DNA of 64,000 bases from Longimicrobiales bacterium (GCA_965198065.1 CBDAON010000004.1:1440001-1504000); one strand, 5' to 3'; shown: positions 1-11,119, counted from the stretch's first letter. Numbers and translations: made by a program. Notes: generated by a model not told the origin, from the sequence alone.

Positions 1-2
1 GC

Positions 3-485
3 TACTCGCCCTGGCGTTTCGGGTACTACGATCCGTTCTTCTTCGACCCGTTCTTCTACGGAACCTACGAGTACGGCTATAGCCCCTACGGGTACCGCTC
101 GTTTGGCTCTCCGTATTACCAGGTCCCGCGCGTCATCGTGGTCACCCCGCCGGTGATCGAGGACCGGAACGACTTCTACCTGGACCCGGACCGGGGGCTG
201 GTGAGGCGCGGCAGCGGATCGACGGGGACGGCGGGATCGGCCTCCGACTCGCGCGCGCCGAGCGCAAGGGTCTCGCGTCCGTCGGCCTCCTCGGGGCGCG
301 CCTTGCGACCCTCGGGGAGTGGCTCGCGATCCTCGGGGGGCAACGCACGAGTCTCGGGCGGCGGCTCCCGCGCCTCGGGAGGCGGGGTCCGCACGTCTCC
401 GCGTGACTCCGGCTCGTCCGGAGGGAGCGCTTCCCCCCCGATTCGTCGGGCCGTTCCGAGATCGGGTGACGGAGGGGACCCATAG
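3..485 (+). CDS. 3' end of a hypothetical protein (Tyr/Phe/Gly-rich, then Ser/Gly/Arg low-complexity tail); 5' part lies outside the window
   Basis: Frame is open from base 3 (YSPWRFGYYDPFFFDPFFYG...) into ORF 138..485. Confidence 0.6.
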   Translation, partial: YSPWRFGYYDPFFFDPFFYGTYEYGYSPYGYRSFGSPYYQVPRVIVVTPPVIEDRNDFYLDPDRGLVRRGSGSTGTAGSASDSRAPSARVSRPSASSGRALRPSGSGSRSSGGNARVSGGGSRASGGGVRTSPRDSGSSGGSASPPIRRAVPRSGDGGDP

Positions 486-514
486 GGCGCTCCCAGAGCC
501 CCTCGTCTGCTTCT

Positions 515-2708
515 GTGCGTCCCGCCTCCGCCTCCGACGCCCCGGTGGACTGCACGTTCCCCTCCGAAGGGATGGACTGCCCGAGCTGTGCCGCCACTAC
601 CAGCCGGGCGCTCCTCCAGGTGGACGGCATCCTCAGAGTCGAGCCTGACGTCATCCAGCAGACAGTCCGCGTGACGTACGACTCCGGGCGCGTCGAGCCG
701 GCACGGATCCGACGACACCTGGCTCGCCTAGGATACGGAACGGGCGGGAACGGGGACGCCGCCCGGCCGGAGGCGTCCGCCCCCGCGCCTGTACCGCATT
801 CCGGCCTCCGCGCCCTTTTCGCGTCCACCCCGACCTACGTGTGGCTGGGCGGGGGGCTCTGGGCACTCACGATCTTGGCGACCCTCGTGGCAGCCTCGAC
901 CGCGACCGTGGCTGTCCTGGGTGCGGCCACCGTGGCGACGGCCGGATGGAGCGTCTTCTCCCCGCGCATGGGCGGCCGCCCGGTCCGGGGCGCTGGACAT
1001 GCACGTGCTCATGGCCATCGCGGCGCTCGGGGCTCTCGCGATCGGCGAGTCCGTGGAGGCCGGCGCTGTCCTCTTCCTCTTCGCGGTGGCCCGCGAACTG
1101 GAGGAGCGGACGCTTAGGCGGGCCCGCTCCGAGGTGCGCTCGCTCATGGACCTCACGCCGGTCGAGGCTACGGTTCTCCGGCACGGCCACCAGGTGCGGG
1201 TCCCGGTTGACGGAGTCCGGGAGGGCGAAATCGTCTTGGTGCGTCCCGGCGAGAGGGTCCCGGTGGACGGCACCGTGACGGGCGGGGCCTCCGAGGTGGA
1301 TGCCTCGGCCATTACGGGTGAATCGGTGCCCGTACCGAAGCTCACGAACGATCGCGTCCTCGGCGGCTCGGTGAACGGGAGCGGGGCGCTCGAAATCCGC
1401 TGCGACCGCCCGGCCGAGGAGTCGGCCCTGAGCCGGATCGTCCGAACCATCGAGGACGCACGGTCCCGGAGGAGCGCAGCCGAGGCGTTCGTCGATCGCT
1501 TCGCGCGTGCCTACACTCCGCTCGTGCTCCTGGGCGCCCTGGCGATCGCCGTCGGACCGCTGCTCCTGGGTTACGGCCAGTGGGCCGACATGGGATACCG
1601 GGCTCTCGTCCTCGTGGTGGTCGCCTGTCCATGCGCGCTTGTCATATCCACGCCGGTCACGGTCGTGAGCGCTCTCACGGGTGCCGTACGGAGGGGGATC
1701 CTCGTGAAGAGCGGAATCCACCTCGAGGTGCTGGGGAAGACTCGCGTGGTCGCGTTCGACAAGACGGGGACCGTGACCGAGGGGACGCCCACGGTCTCGT
1801 GCGTCGTGAACTGGAGCGCCGAGGGCGAGGCGGAGCTCGTCCTCATGGCCGCGGCGGCGGAAAGCCGGAGCGAGCACCCGATCGCGCGCGCCATCCTCGC
1901 GGAGGCGGAGAAGCTGGGTGTCGTTCCGGACGACGGCGTCGAGATGACGGCGCTTCCGGGTAGGGGGGCCCGCGCCCGGGTCCGCGGCCGATCGGTTCTC
2001 CTGGGGAGCCCCCGCCTGTTCTATGAGGAGGGCCTCGTCGGAGAAGAGGAGGACCGGGCAATCTCCGAGCTCTCGAGGGAGGGGAGGAGCGTCGTCCTCG
2101 TCGGGTGGGGAGCCCGCGAGGGGAGTCCACCCGAGCTCAGAGGCGCCCTTCTCCTCGCTGACGAGGTGCGTGAGAGCGTCGAGCCGCTCCTCGCGAGCCT
2201 GCGCGATGAGGGGATCGAGCGGATCGTGCTCATGAGCGGCGACCGCGCGCCTGCGGTCGAGGCCGCGGCCCGTTCGGCTTCACTCGGGGGCCAGGCGTTC
2301 GACGAGTGGCGGGGCGACCTCCTACCCGAGGAGAAAGTGGAGTGGGTAAAGGAGCTCAAGGCTCGGCACGGCCCAGTCCTCATGGTCGGGGACGGGGTCA
2401 ACGATGCGCCGGCCCTGGCCGTGTCGGACGTGGGCATGGCCATGGCGAGACGGGGAACGGCCCTGGCGCTCGATACGTCCGACATCGCCCTCATGGAAGA
2501 CGACCTCTCGCGCATTCCCGAGGTCTTTCGGATGGGCCGGAAAGCGGCGGGGATCATCCGCGCCAACGTCGCCTTCGCCCTTCTCGTCAAGGTTGCCTTC
2601 GTGGCGCTCGGCGGAGCGGGGTATGCGAGCCTCTGGATGGCGGTCGTGGCCGACATGGGCTCGAGCCTGGCAGTGATCCTGAACGGGCTCCGCGCGCTCC
2701 GCGCTTGA
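515..2708 (+). CDS. zntA: Heavy-metal (Zn/Cd/Pb-type) P1B ATPase, frameshifted near 959
   Basis: N-terminal HMA motif GMDCPSC in ORF 515..1117; TGES, CPC, DKTGT, HP and GDGVNDAPAL motifs in ORF 921..2708; one extra base near 959 joins the two frames. Confidence 0.9.
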
Positions 2709-2744
2709 GCCGCGCGCACGGAGGCGCCCCAGCCCGGACCGTCC

Positions 2745-3179
2745 TCAGCCCCTCGCTCGAGCCGGAGGCACCCCCACCACATCGTCCAGGGCCGCTAGGA
2801 GGTCTCCTCGCTCGGGCCACCCTCTAGAGAACACCCTCCCGTTCACCACCACGCCGTGGGTGGGGAGGCGGGTCAGGGTTCGGAGCAGGTCGCGGGCCCC
2901 TACCCGATAGGCCCAGAAATCGCGCACGAGGAGCGCAAGTAGGGCCACGAAGTTCCGCGGGTCGATGACCTGAACCTCCACGCGGACGCCGTAGCGCCTT
3001 CGCACGTCGCAATAGAGGGGCCCGAGCGACTCCATGACCGCCCTTCTCTCGGGAAAGACGGGCTCCCCACCCCGAGTCAGGAAGTCGCCCTCGAGTCGGC
3101 CGCAGCAGCCGCTGGCCGACATTTGCTGCTCCCACTCCCGGATGAAGATCACGCTCGCGCGCTCGGCCATGGCGGACAC
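2745..3179 (-). CDS. Hypothetical protein, possibly thioredoxin-like fold, with GCCG motif
   Basis: 144-aa ORF directly downstream of ggt; SGCCG motif and VVVNGRV near the C-terminus. Confidence 0.6.
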   Translation of the reverse strand: MSAMAERASVIFIREWEQQMSASGCCGRLEGDFLTRGGEPVFPERRAVMESLGPLYCDVRRRYGVRVEVQVIDPRNFVALLALLVRDFWAYRVGARDLLRTLTRLPTHGVVVNGRVFSRGWPERGDLLAALDDVVGVPPARARG

Positions 3180-3183
3180 CCGG

Positions 3184-5019
3184 TTACTGGACGGCCGCGC
3201 CAGCGTCGGTCGAGCGCGGATCCGGAATCCCGACCCGCATGCCCGTCGCGGGATCGAGCATGACGGAGTGGGCCTGTCCCTGACTCCCTCCGACCCTCAC
3301 CGTGTGCCCCATTGCCTCGAGGGCTCTCGCCACCCCCGGGTCCCGGAGCCTCGACTCGATCGAGATCCGGTCCGGAAGCCACTGGTGGTGCGAGCGAGGC
3401 GAGGCGAGGGCCGCCTCCAGGTCCATCCCGAACTCGGCGATGTTGAGCGTGACGTGAAGCACCGTATTGATGATCGTGCGTCCTCCGGGGCTGCCGATCA
3501 CGGCGACCGCCTCGCCATCCCGGGCCAGGATGGTCGGCGTCATGCTAGAGAGCATCCGCTGTCCCGGCCGGGCCAGGTTGGGCTCGTTCCCAATCTGACC
3601 GGACTCGGTCGTCACGCCGGGATAGCCGTTGAAGTCGCCCATCTCGTTGTTCAGGAGAAAGCCGCCTCCGGGCACGGTGATCTTGGATCCGTAGAGGGCC
3701 TCGAGCGTGTAGGTCACGGAGACTGCCGTCCCGTCCGCGTCCACCACCGAATAGTGGGTGGTCTCCATGCTCTCCACTCCCGGCTCGATCTGCTCCGTGG
3801 ACGAAACGCCCGCGCGGCGCGGATCGATCTCGGTGCGGAGCTCGGCCGCGTAGTCCTTGCTCGTGAGCCTCTCGACGGGGACGGGCCAGTAGTCCACGTC
3901 CGCCAGGTGGCGGGCACGGTCCCGGTAGGCCATCCGCTGCGCCTCGGTCACGTGATGGAAGTGCGCCGCGCTCCCGTGCCCCATCGCCCTCAGGTCGTAG
4001 CCCTCGAGGATGTTCAGCATTTGGACGAGCGCGACACCGCCGCTGCTGGGCGGGGGCATGCTGATGACTTCGTAACCGCGGAACGTCGCCTGGATCGGCT
4101 CCCGCTCGACCGCCCGGTAGAGCGCGAGATCTTCCTCGGTGATGAGCCCTCCGCCCCTCCGCATCTCTTCGGCGATGAGGCGCGCTGTCTCCCCCTGGTA
4201 GAAGCCGTCCCGGCCGTCCCGCATGACGCGAGAGAGGGTTCGGGCGAGGTCGGGCTGTCTCCAGACGTCGCCGGCTTCGTACGGTGTCCCATTCATCGAG
4301 AACGCCCCAACGCTCGCAGGATAGCGGGACATCGAGCCCGTGATCTGACCCTCAAGCGAGCGAGCGAGCGCCTCGCTCAGGACAATCCCGTCCTCGGCCA
4401 GTGCCACGGCCGGAGCCACGAGCCCGGCCCAGTCGTAGCTCCCGTAGCGCTCGTGGGCCAGCGCGAAGCCGGCGACCGTCCCCGGCACGCCCACCGCCAC
4501 GTGGGTGTTCGCCTGGACCGACCGGGAATACTCCCCGGTCTCGTCCACGAACATCTCGGGACCGGAGGCCAGGGGAGCCTTCTCGCGGAAGTCGAAGGAG
4601 GTCGAGCGCCCGTCGGGGAAGCGAACGACCATGAACCCACCGCCGCCGATGTTCCCAGCCATCGGATAGACGACGGCCAGCGCGAATCCGGTGGCAATGG
4701 CGGCATCGACCGCCGTCCCCCCCTCCCGGAGCACGGACGCGCCCACCCGGCTCGCGATCTCGCTCGCGGAGACCACCAGGCCACCCTGGGTCCGAACCGT
4801 TCGCCCTACCGCCGACTCGTCGATCCGAGGTGCGACCCGGATGGTGGACGGGCCCGCGTACGTGCACGATCCGAGGAGGACGACGCCCGCGAGGGCGGCC
4901 AGCGGCAGGGACGGTAGCCGGCGGCGGGCGCCGCCTTCGCGAGCGGGTTTGGACGGAATCCTGCGTCCGGACCCCCCAGAGCAGGCCAGCACCGACGAGT
5001 GGGCCACCGTGGAGGTCAC
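3184..5019 (-). CDS. ggt: Gamma-glutamyltransferase, probable lipoprotein
   Basis: GNIGGGGFM, DFREKAP, nucleophile motif ETTHYSVVD, LLNNEMGDF, LSSMTPTI, GSPGG; lipobox-like VLLGSC. Confidence 0.95.
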   Translation of the reverse strand: MTSTVAHSSVLACSGGSGRRIPSKPAREGGARRRLPSLPLAALAGVVLLGSCTYAGPSTIRVAPRIDESAVGRTVRTQGGLVVSASEIASRVGASVLREGGTAVDAAIATGFALAVVYPMAGNIGGGGFMVVRFPDGRSTSFDFREKAPLASGPEMFVDETGEYSRSVQANTHVAVGVPGTVAGFALAHERYGSYDWAGLVAPAVALAEDGIVLSEALARSLEGQITGSMSRYPASVGAFSMNGTPYEAGDVWRQPDLARTLSRVMRDGRDGFYQGETARLIAEEMRRGGGLITEEDLALYRAVEREPIQATFRGYEVISMPPPSSGGVALVQMLNILEGYDLRAMGHGSAAHFHHVTEAQRMAYRDRARHLADVDYWPVPVERLTSKDYAAELRTEIDPRRAGVSSTEQIEPGVESMETTHYSVVDADGTAVSVTYTLEALYGSKITVPGGGFLLNNEMGDFNGYPGVTTESGQIGNEPNLARPGQRMLSSMTPTILARDGEAVAVIGSPGGRTIINTVLHVTLNIAEFGMDLEAALASPRSHHQWLPDRISIESRLRDPGVARALEAMGHTVRVGGSQGQAHSVMLDPATGMRVGIPDPRSTDAGAAVQ

Positions 5020-6182
5020 GGCATGGCCTCCGTCGCCATCTCGGCCGCGACCCGCTCCACGGCCTCCATCACACGGAGCAGGTTCCCGCTCCAGATCTTC
5101 CGGATCTCTTCCTCCGAGTACCCGCGCCGTACCAGCTCGAGCGTCACGTTAAAGGTCTCGGAGGCATCGTTCCATCCCTCAATCCAGCCGCCCCCGTCGA
5201 AGTCGGAGCTGATCCCAACGTGGTCGATGCCGATCAGGTCCACGACGTAGTCGATGTGATCCACGAGATCGGCGACCGTGGCGGTGCGTCCGGGCACCAG
5301 ATACGGTGAGTACGCGACCACGTGCACCACGCCGCCGTTGGCCTGGAGCGCCAGGAGCTGCTCGTCGTCCAGATTCCGATAGTGGTTCGTGAGCGCCCGT
5401 ACGGAGGAGTGGGAGGCCATCACGGGCGCTCCCGATAGCGCCATCGTCTGGAGGTTCGCCTCCTTCGACGGGTGCGAGATATCGAGGATGATCCCCAAGC
5501 GGTTCGCCTCGACAACGACCTCGCGTCCGAGGGGGGAGAGGCCGTTCCAACGGTATCCGTCCTGCTCTCCGGTACTGGAGTCCGCCAGCTGGTTGGCCCC
5601 AAAATGAGCGAGCGAGAGATAACGGACGCCCAGCTCGTAGAAGCGCCTCACGTTCTCTACGTCCTCTCCCAGCGCATAGCCGTTCTCCATCCCCATCAGG
5701 GCCACGAGCCGTCCCTCCGCCGCAATCCGGCGCACGTCCGCCGCCGTCAGGGCGAGGCCGATGCGTTCCGGGGCCAGCTCGGACGTGAGCCGCCGGATCG
5801 CGAGCACTTTGTCCATGGCCGTGTTGTAGGGTCGGAGATAGCCCTCGGCGGTGAAGTCCTGCTCCTGGTCCTGGTGCATGGAGAACCAGACCGCCCTGAG
5901 CCCCCCCTCCTCCATGGACGGGAGATCGACCTTCGTGTCCGGGTGACCGGTCACGTAGTTGGGCTCGGAGGCTGTGAAGTGGACCGGTTCGATGTCGGTG
6001 TGCGTGTCCATCGTGAGCGCCCGCTCGTGGATCGCCCGCGCTCGCTCGACGACCGTTCCGTTACCCGGCTGGGCCTCCCCACCGGTCGGCGACACCGCCG
6101 CGACGAGCGCCGCGGCGAGGGCCGCACCCGCGAAGCCGGGGACACGAGGACGCGCCCCCGCCCGATCAGCGAGTCGGCGCAT
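5016..6182 (-). CDS. Membrane/renal-type dipeptidase (peptidase M19)
   Basis: DTHTD, GMENG, DISH, ASHSS, HVGISSDFDGGG motifs; signal peptide; start inferred at MRRLAD. Confidence 0.9.
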   Translation of the reverse strand: MRRLADRAGARPRVPGFAGAALAAALVAAVSPTGGEAQPGNGTVVERARAIHERALTMDTHTDIEPVHFTASEPNYVTGHPDTKVDLPSMEEGGLRAVWFSMHQDQEQDFTAEGYLRPYNTAMDKVLAIRRLTSELAPERIGLALTAADVRRIAAEGRLVALMGMENGYALGEDVENVRRFYELGVRYLSLAHFGANQLADSSTGEQDGYRWNGLSPLGREVVVEANRLGIILDISHPSKEANLQTMALSGAPVMASHSSVRALTNHYRNLDDEQLLALQANGGVVHVVAYSPYLVPGRTATVADLVDHIDYVVDLIGIDHVGISSDFDGGGWIEGWNDASETFNVTLELVRRGYSEEEIRKIWSGNLLRVMEAVERVAAEMATEAMP

Positions 6183-6628
6183 CCCCCAGGATCTGAATCC
6201 GGTCATCGTCGTCCGGCACGACGCAGAGGAACTCGAACGGCTCATCGCCCTCGGCTCGGTACCAGTGTGGCGTTCCGCCCGGAATGTGGACCACGTCGCC
6301 CGCGTGCACATGATAGACCTCCTCGCCGATCCCCACGGTGGCGGCGCCCCGAAGCACAAACTGCTGATGCTCGACCACGTTCTGGTGCCGAGGCATGCCG
6401 CCGCCCGGGCTCCATGACGAACCGGCGCATGTGGAAGCCCGAGCCCTCGCCCGGACCCGTGATAACCTGCCGGACGGTCGAGGTCCCGCCCGTTACCGCC
6501 TCGACGGGAATCGCCTCGATGTGGCGCACCCGCGCATTCGCTTCCCTTCCCGCTCGGCCCGCTTCCCAACCGCCGGGCGGAGGGGTGTCCGGGCTGGCAC
6601 CTGGTCTCGAGGCTGGCGTCTCACGCAT
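6166..6628 (-). CDS. Cupin-domain protein, frameshifted near 6405
   Basis: FHMRRFVMEPG in one frame continues as GGMPRHQNVVEHQQFVLRG...HIPGGTPHWY in another. Confidence 0.8.
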
Positions 6629-6810
6629 GAGACAATATGTGGCCTCCCGCCCCGGAACCTCCACCCTCGGAGCCTCTTTACCTAGAACTGACAGTCGCCC
6701 GGAGGCTAGCTTCTCGCCTGTACGGCCGTGAGCTATTGGTTGAACCCTTGACGGCCCAGGAAAGCTGGATGTCTGCCGTTCCGTCTTCAGGTCGTCCAAC
6801 GAGGAGGATC

Positions 6811-7257
6811 ATGCCAGCGCTCGCACGCATTCCGGCCCTGCTCCTGCTCCTTCTGGTCTCTTCCCGATCGGGTGTCGCCCAGACCGGGCCCCCGGCCGGC
6901 CCGTCGGGGTCCTCTTCCGCCCCGAGCCTCGAACAGGGCATCTATACGGAGGAGCAGGCCGACGCGGGAGGCCGGGACTTCGAGACCATCTGCACGGACT
7001 GCCACGGCGGCTTCGATCTTCTCTCCCCGAACCTCTCCATGAAGTGGACCGGCCGTACCCTCTGGGAGCTCTACGAGCGAATCAAGAACACGATGCCCGA
7101 GAACGATCCAGGCTTCCTCGACACCGCTCAAGCGGCGCGGCTCGTGGCCTACCTGTTGGGCCAGCAGGGATTCCCGTCGGGTGAGCGGGCGCTCGAGCCC
7201 GACGAGGCGGCCCTGGCCGGGATCGTGATCCACCGTCCCGCCAACCCCGTTCCGTGA
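6811..7257 (+). CDS. Periplasmic c-type cytochrome
   Basis: GAGGAGG SD, signal peptide, CTDCH heme motif, distal Met in TMPENDPG. Confidence 0.85.
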   Translation: MPALARIPALLLLLLVSSRSGVAQTGPPAGPSGSSSAPSLEQGIYTEEQADAGGRDFETICTDCHGGFDLLSPNLSMKWTGRTLWELYERIKNTMPENDPGFLDTAQAARLVAYLLGQQGFPSGERALEPDEAALAGIVIHRPANPVP

Positions 7258-7323
7258 CGCCGGCGCGGGCCGCCGGCATCTAGGGCTCGCGGTCTGGCGT
7301 TCGCCGCACCCTCCCGACGGCTC

Positions 7324-7971
7324 CTACCCGCAGTCCGAAGGAGCGTCTCCGGCTCGGGACGTCCGGCGCGCAAGCCATGGAATCCGGCGTCGAAACAGCC
7401 ACAGGATCCCGAGCGGAACGAGGGCGGCGAGCGTCACCATGAGCACGACTGCGCCCGACCGCTCCGAGGCCGTAGCACCCACGACGGAATAAAACACTGT
7501 TGCCGGAAGCGCCCCCGCGCCCACCGCAACGAGAAAGTGCCCCCATCGGATGGCAGTCGCGCCGGCCGCATAGCTCACGATGTCCGGGTTGATGAAGGGA
7601 ATCAGGCGCCCGACGAAGACCGCGAGCATGCCTCGCTGCTCCATGAACGCATCCACGCGCGCGAGGCTCTCCGTCGACACGATCCGCTCCACGCCCGGAC
7701 GGCCCAGGGCCCGGGCGAGGCCGAAGCAACACGCGGCGGCCAGGAGAGCGCTGGAAAAGGTGAGCGCGCCACCCAGGACAGCGCCGTAGATCATCGCGTT
7801 CGCGATGGCGAGGACGAACCCCGGAAGCACCGGAATGAGGGAGGAAGCGGTCTGAAGGGCCGTCGAGGCGAGGGGCGCCCAGACGCCGAATCCCACGAGC
7901 CAGGCCCGGATCCGATCCGGGTCGGACTCCCACAGAAGCGCCCACGCGGTACGAAGGCCCTCCACGGTCAC
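7324..7971 (-). CDS. TVP38/TMEM64 (VTT/DedA) family membrane protein
   Basis: GRLIPFINPDIVSYAAG and ANAMIYG motifs; hydrophobic. Confidence 0.85.
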   Translation of the reverse strand: MTVEGLRTAWALLWESDPDRIRAWLVGFGVWAPLASTALQTASSLIPVLPGFVLAIANAMIYGAVLGGALTFSSALLAAACCFGLARALGRPGVERIVSTESLARVDAFMEQRGMLAVFVGRLIPFINPDIVSYAAGATAIRWGHFLVAVGAGALPATVFYSVVGATASERSGAVVLMVTLAALVPLGILWLFRRRIPWLARRTSRAGDAPSDCG

Positions 7972-8942
7972 CAGAAGAGCGCCCTCCCCTCGCGAAGGAC
8001 CAGCCGCACCCGACCGAACGCGGTGACGTCAACCTCCGGGTCGCCGTCCAGGAGCACGAGATCGGCGACCATGCCGGGCGCCACCTGACCCAGGTAATCA
8101 TACGCGAAGCGGAACGCCGGCTCGGTGGTGAGCGACGCGAGGTGGTCCGCGAACGGGATCCCACCCTCGTCCAGGAGCAGATGGTCGGGCATGGGGTCGT
8201 ACCTGGGAATGTACCCGGCGCCGGTGCCGAACACCATGCTCCCCCCCCGATCGACGAAGCCTCGGAGCGCGGAGAGTTGCTCCTCGGACCCCGCCGCGCC
8301 CGGCGCCGTGTCGTTGAGGTGGAGCCCGAGCGCGGGAACGACGGCGCGGTCCTGAACGGCGAACCGGGCCAGGGCCCCGCTGGACCAGGGTGGACCCGAG
8401 GGATTCACGAACATGACGCCCCCCACGGCTCCGCCCGGGACCGAGACGATCCGGGGGCCCATCACCTCCCCCGATTGAATCCGCTCGATGAGCGGGGCGA
8501 GCGCGTCCCGTGGAGTGTTGGTGTCTACCACGCTCGTGAAGCCGAACCGGTTGAAGCGCTCCCGAACTAGCTCCTCGAGCTCGGGACCCGTCGCCGATTG
8601 CGCCGCGTAGAGCAGCTCCGCGTCCATGCGCACGTGCGCGTTCCAGAAACCGGCTAGGAGGGAGAGCCCGGAGCCGTCGATCCAGAAGTCGGCCGGCGGC
8701 ACGGGCAGCTCGCCCCGCGCGCCCACACCCTCGACGACCCCGTCCATCACGATGACGATCCCATCCTGAATCGGCTCCACGCCGGGCGAAGTGAAGATCG
8801 TCGGACCCTCGATCACGAGCGTACCCTGCCCCGTCCAGCTCCCGATCGCTCCCTGCCTCTGGCACGCGGGCGTCCCGGCCGCCAGGAAGAGGCATGCGGC
8901 GAGGATGGCGAGCGGGCGGGCGTACGCCGGCTTACACGGCAT
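7968..8942 (-). CDS. Amidohydrolase-family protein, short and possibly catalytically degenerate
   Basis: IDGSGLSLLAGFWNAHV, FGFTSVVD, GQVAPGMVADLVLLDGDP. Confidence 0.75.
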   Translation of the reverse strand: MPCKPAYARPLAILAACLFLAAGTPACQRQGAIGSWTGQGTLVIEGPTIFTSPGVEPIQDGIVIVMDGVVEGVGARGELPVPPADFWIDGSGLSLLAGFWNAHVRMDAELLYAAQSATGPELEELVRERFNRFGFTSVVDTNTPRDALAPLIERIQSGEVMGPRIVSVPGGAVGGVMFVNPSGPPWSSGALARFAVQDRAVVPALGLHLNDTAPGAAGSEEQLSALRGFVDRGGSMVFGTGAGYIPRYDPMPDHLLLDEGGIPFADHLASLTTEPAFRFAYDYLGQVAPGMVADLVLLDGDPEVDVTAFGRVRLVLREGRALFW

Positions 8943-9126
8943 GAGGGCTACGACTCCTCTTGTGGAAGCATCGAACGATGGAGGTGGCGAGAGGCGGGTT
9001 CCCGAGCCGCCCGCTACGTTATCATACCGCGCGTGACGGGGCGGGTGCCAGGTGTCCCGCCGCCGCGGCCCCGGGGTCGCTCGCCGCGACCTTCTTTTCC
9101 CTTGAGCACCGAGCCGTCTGCCGCCC

Positions 9127-10974
9127 GTGGACCCGCATCTGCTTCTCATCGCCCCGCCCGCCGCGGTTCAGGCGGCCGGCTCCACCGCCCTGCTGGTGGT
9201 GTTAGGGCTCCTGGCCCTCGCCCTCGTGCTTTTCGTGTCCGAGGTGATCCCGCCGGACCAGACGGCGATCGTGCTCCTGGTGCTGGTAGTGGCCTTCGGT
9301 CGCTGGACCGGGATCGGGCCCGACGAGGCGCTCTCCGGCTTCGCGAGCCAGGCCACGATCACCGTCTTCGCGATGTTCGTCCTGAGCGAAGGAATCCGCC
9401 GGACGGGCGTTTTACAGATCATCGGCGACCGCATCATCCACCTGACCGGAGGGAAGCCACGGAGGCAGCTGGCCGCTCTGGTCGGCCTCTCCGGGTCCAC
9501 GGCCGGTTTCATCAACAACACGCCGGTCGTCGCGATGATGATCCCCATGGCGCTCCACATCGCCGAACGCACCAACTCCTCGCCGTCCAAGTACCTGATC
9601 CCGATCTCGTACGCGGCGATGATGGGGGGGACGCTGACGCTGATCGGCACGTCCACGAACCTGCTGGCGAGCGACGTCTCCGAACGGCTCCTCGGGCGAC
9701 CCATCACGATGTTCGAGTTCACGCACCTGGGGATCATCGTCCTCGTCTTCGGGAGCGCGTACCTGCTCCTCGTCGGGTGGGCCCTCACGCCCGAGCGCGT
9801 GAAGCCTCGTGAGACTCCGATGGAAACGTTCCAGATGCGCGAGTACCTCACGGAGCTGAGGCTCCTCGCCGGCTCCCCGCTCGAGGGAAAGCGGGTGGAT
9901 CAGGCGCTCCGCGAGCTCGGGCTCGACATCGAGATCGTGCGGCTCAAGCGGAAGGACGAGTGGTTCGGGCCCCCGCTCGGGGTGAAGGAGCTCCAGGCGG
10001 GAGACGTCCTCCTCATCCGCACGGACCCGATCACCGTCAGCGATCTGATGAAGCTCCGCGGGATCGGCCTTGCGACCGGGAAGACGGCCGCCCGGGAGGC
10101 GGGAGACCCGCACGAGCCCGCGCCGACGCTCTTCGAGGCGGTGGTTCTCTCGGACACTCCCGTCGTGGAGGAAACGCTCCTGACGCTGAGCTTTCGTCAG
10201 ACGTACGGCGCCTCGGTGCTGGCCATCCGGCGCGGCCGCGGCGTCTTGCACGAGAGGCTCAAGGACGTGGTACTCGAGGGAGGAGACACGCTCCTCGTTC
10301 ACGGCGGAAAGGACGCGGCCAGGCGACTCGCCGGCGACCGCAGCTTCATGGTCACGCACGAGATGGAGCGGGCCGAGCTCCGGAGGTCCAAGCTCCCGAT
10401 CGCGCTCGGAATATTGAGCCTGGTGGTGGTGACGGCGGCCGTAGGCGCTCTCCCCATCGCGGTCTCGGCCTTGGCAGGGGTCGTCGCTATGGTCCTCACC
10501 CGGTGCCTTAAGCCCGGAGAATTGTATCGCGCCGTGGACTGGAACGTGATCGTGCTCCTCGCAGGCGTAATCCCGCTCGGGATGGCGCTCGAGCGGACGG
10601 GTGGAGCAGAGTACCTGGCCCGGTTCGTGACCGAGTACGCGTCCGGGTGGCATCCACTCTTCGTTCTCCTCTTCTTCTATCTCGTGACGGCGCTCGTGAC
10701 GCAGGCGGTGAGCAACAACGCAGGCGTGGTGCTCATGATCCCCGTGGCCGTGAGCGCCGCCGAGATCCTCCGCGCCGACCCGTTCTCTTTCCTTCTGGCC
10801 GTGACGTTCGCGGCCAGCACCCCGATGCTCAGTCCCATCGGCTATCAGACGAACCTGATGGTCTACGGTCCGGGAGGATATCGCTTCACGGACTTCTTTC
10901 GGGTGGGGGCGCTGCTCCAGATCCTTCTGGCCATCGTGACGACCGTGGGGATCTGGGCGTTCTGGGGAGTTTAG
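9127..10974 (+). CDS. SLC13/CitMHS-type permease with TrkA-C (RCK-C) domains
   Basis: FINNTPVV, GGTLTLIGTSTNLL, SPIGYQTNLMVYGPGGYRFTDF; central soluble segment. Confidence 0.92.
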   Translation: MDPHLLLIAPPAAVQAAGSTALLVVLGLLALALVLFVSEVIPPDQTAIVLLVLVVAFGRWTGIGPDEALSGFASQATITVFAMFVLSEGIRRTGVLQIIGDRIIHLTGGKPRRQLAALVGLSGSTAGFINNTPVVAMMIPMALHIAERTNSSPSKYLIPISYAAMMGGTLTLIGTSTNLLASDVSERLLGRPITMFEFTHLGIIVLVFGSAYLLLVGWALTPERVKPRETPMETFQMREYLTELRLLAGSPLEGKRVDQALRELGLDIEIVRLKRKDEWFGPPLGVKELQAGDVLLIRTDPITVSDLMKLRGIGLATGKTAAREAGDPHEPAPTLFEAVVLSDTPVVEETLLTLSFRQTYGASVLAIRRGRGVLHERLKDVVLEGGDTLLVHGGKDAARRLAGDRSFMVTHEMERAELRRSKLPIALGILSLVVVTAAVGALPIAVSALAGVVAMVLTRCLKPGELYRAVDWNVIVLLAGVIPLGMALERTGGAEYLARFVTEYASGWHPLFVLLFFYLVTALVTQAVSNNAGVVLMIPVAVSAAEILRADPFSFLLAVTFAASTPMLSPIGYQTNLMVYGPGGYRFTDFFRVGALLQILLAIVTTVGIWAFWGV

Positions 10975-11119
10975 CGAGGGGCACCGCAGGTGGCCTCCCA
11001 ACCCGCGCCGCGGCTCTCGTCGCTGCCCAAGGTTTGGCCGCCTGCGATACCTTTCCACGAGCGTAGAGCAACGGCGGCCGAGGGCGTGGCCGCCCCCTCC
11101 CCTAGCACGGAGGATTCCC

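Noticed and set aside
3034..4917. Long antisense or alternate-frame ORFs (e.g. 3034-4917, 9412-11616, 14929-17121, 38654-40717, 55523-57601)
   Set aside because: Shadow ORFs of real genes in high-GC DNA; Arg/Pro/Gly-rich with no recognisable motifs
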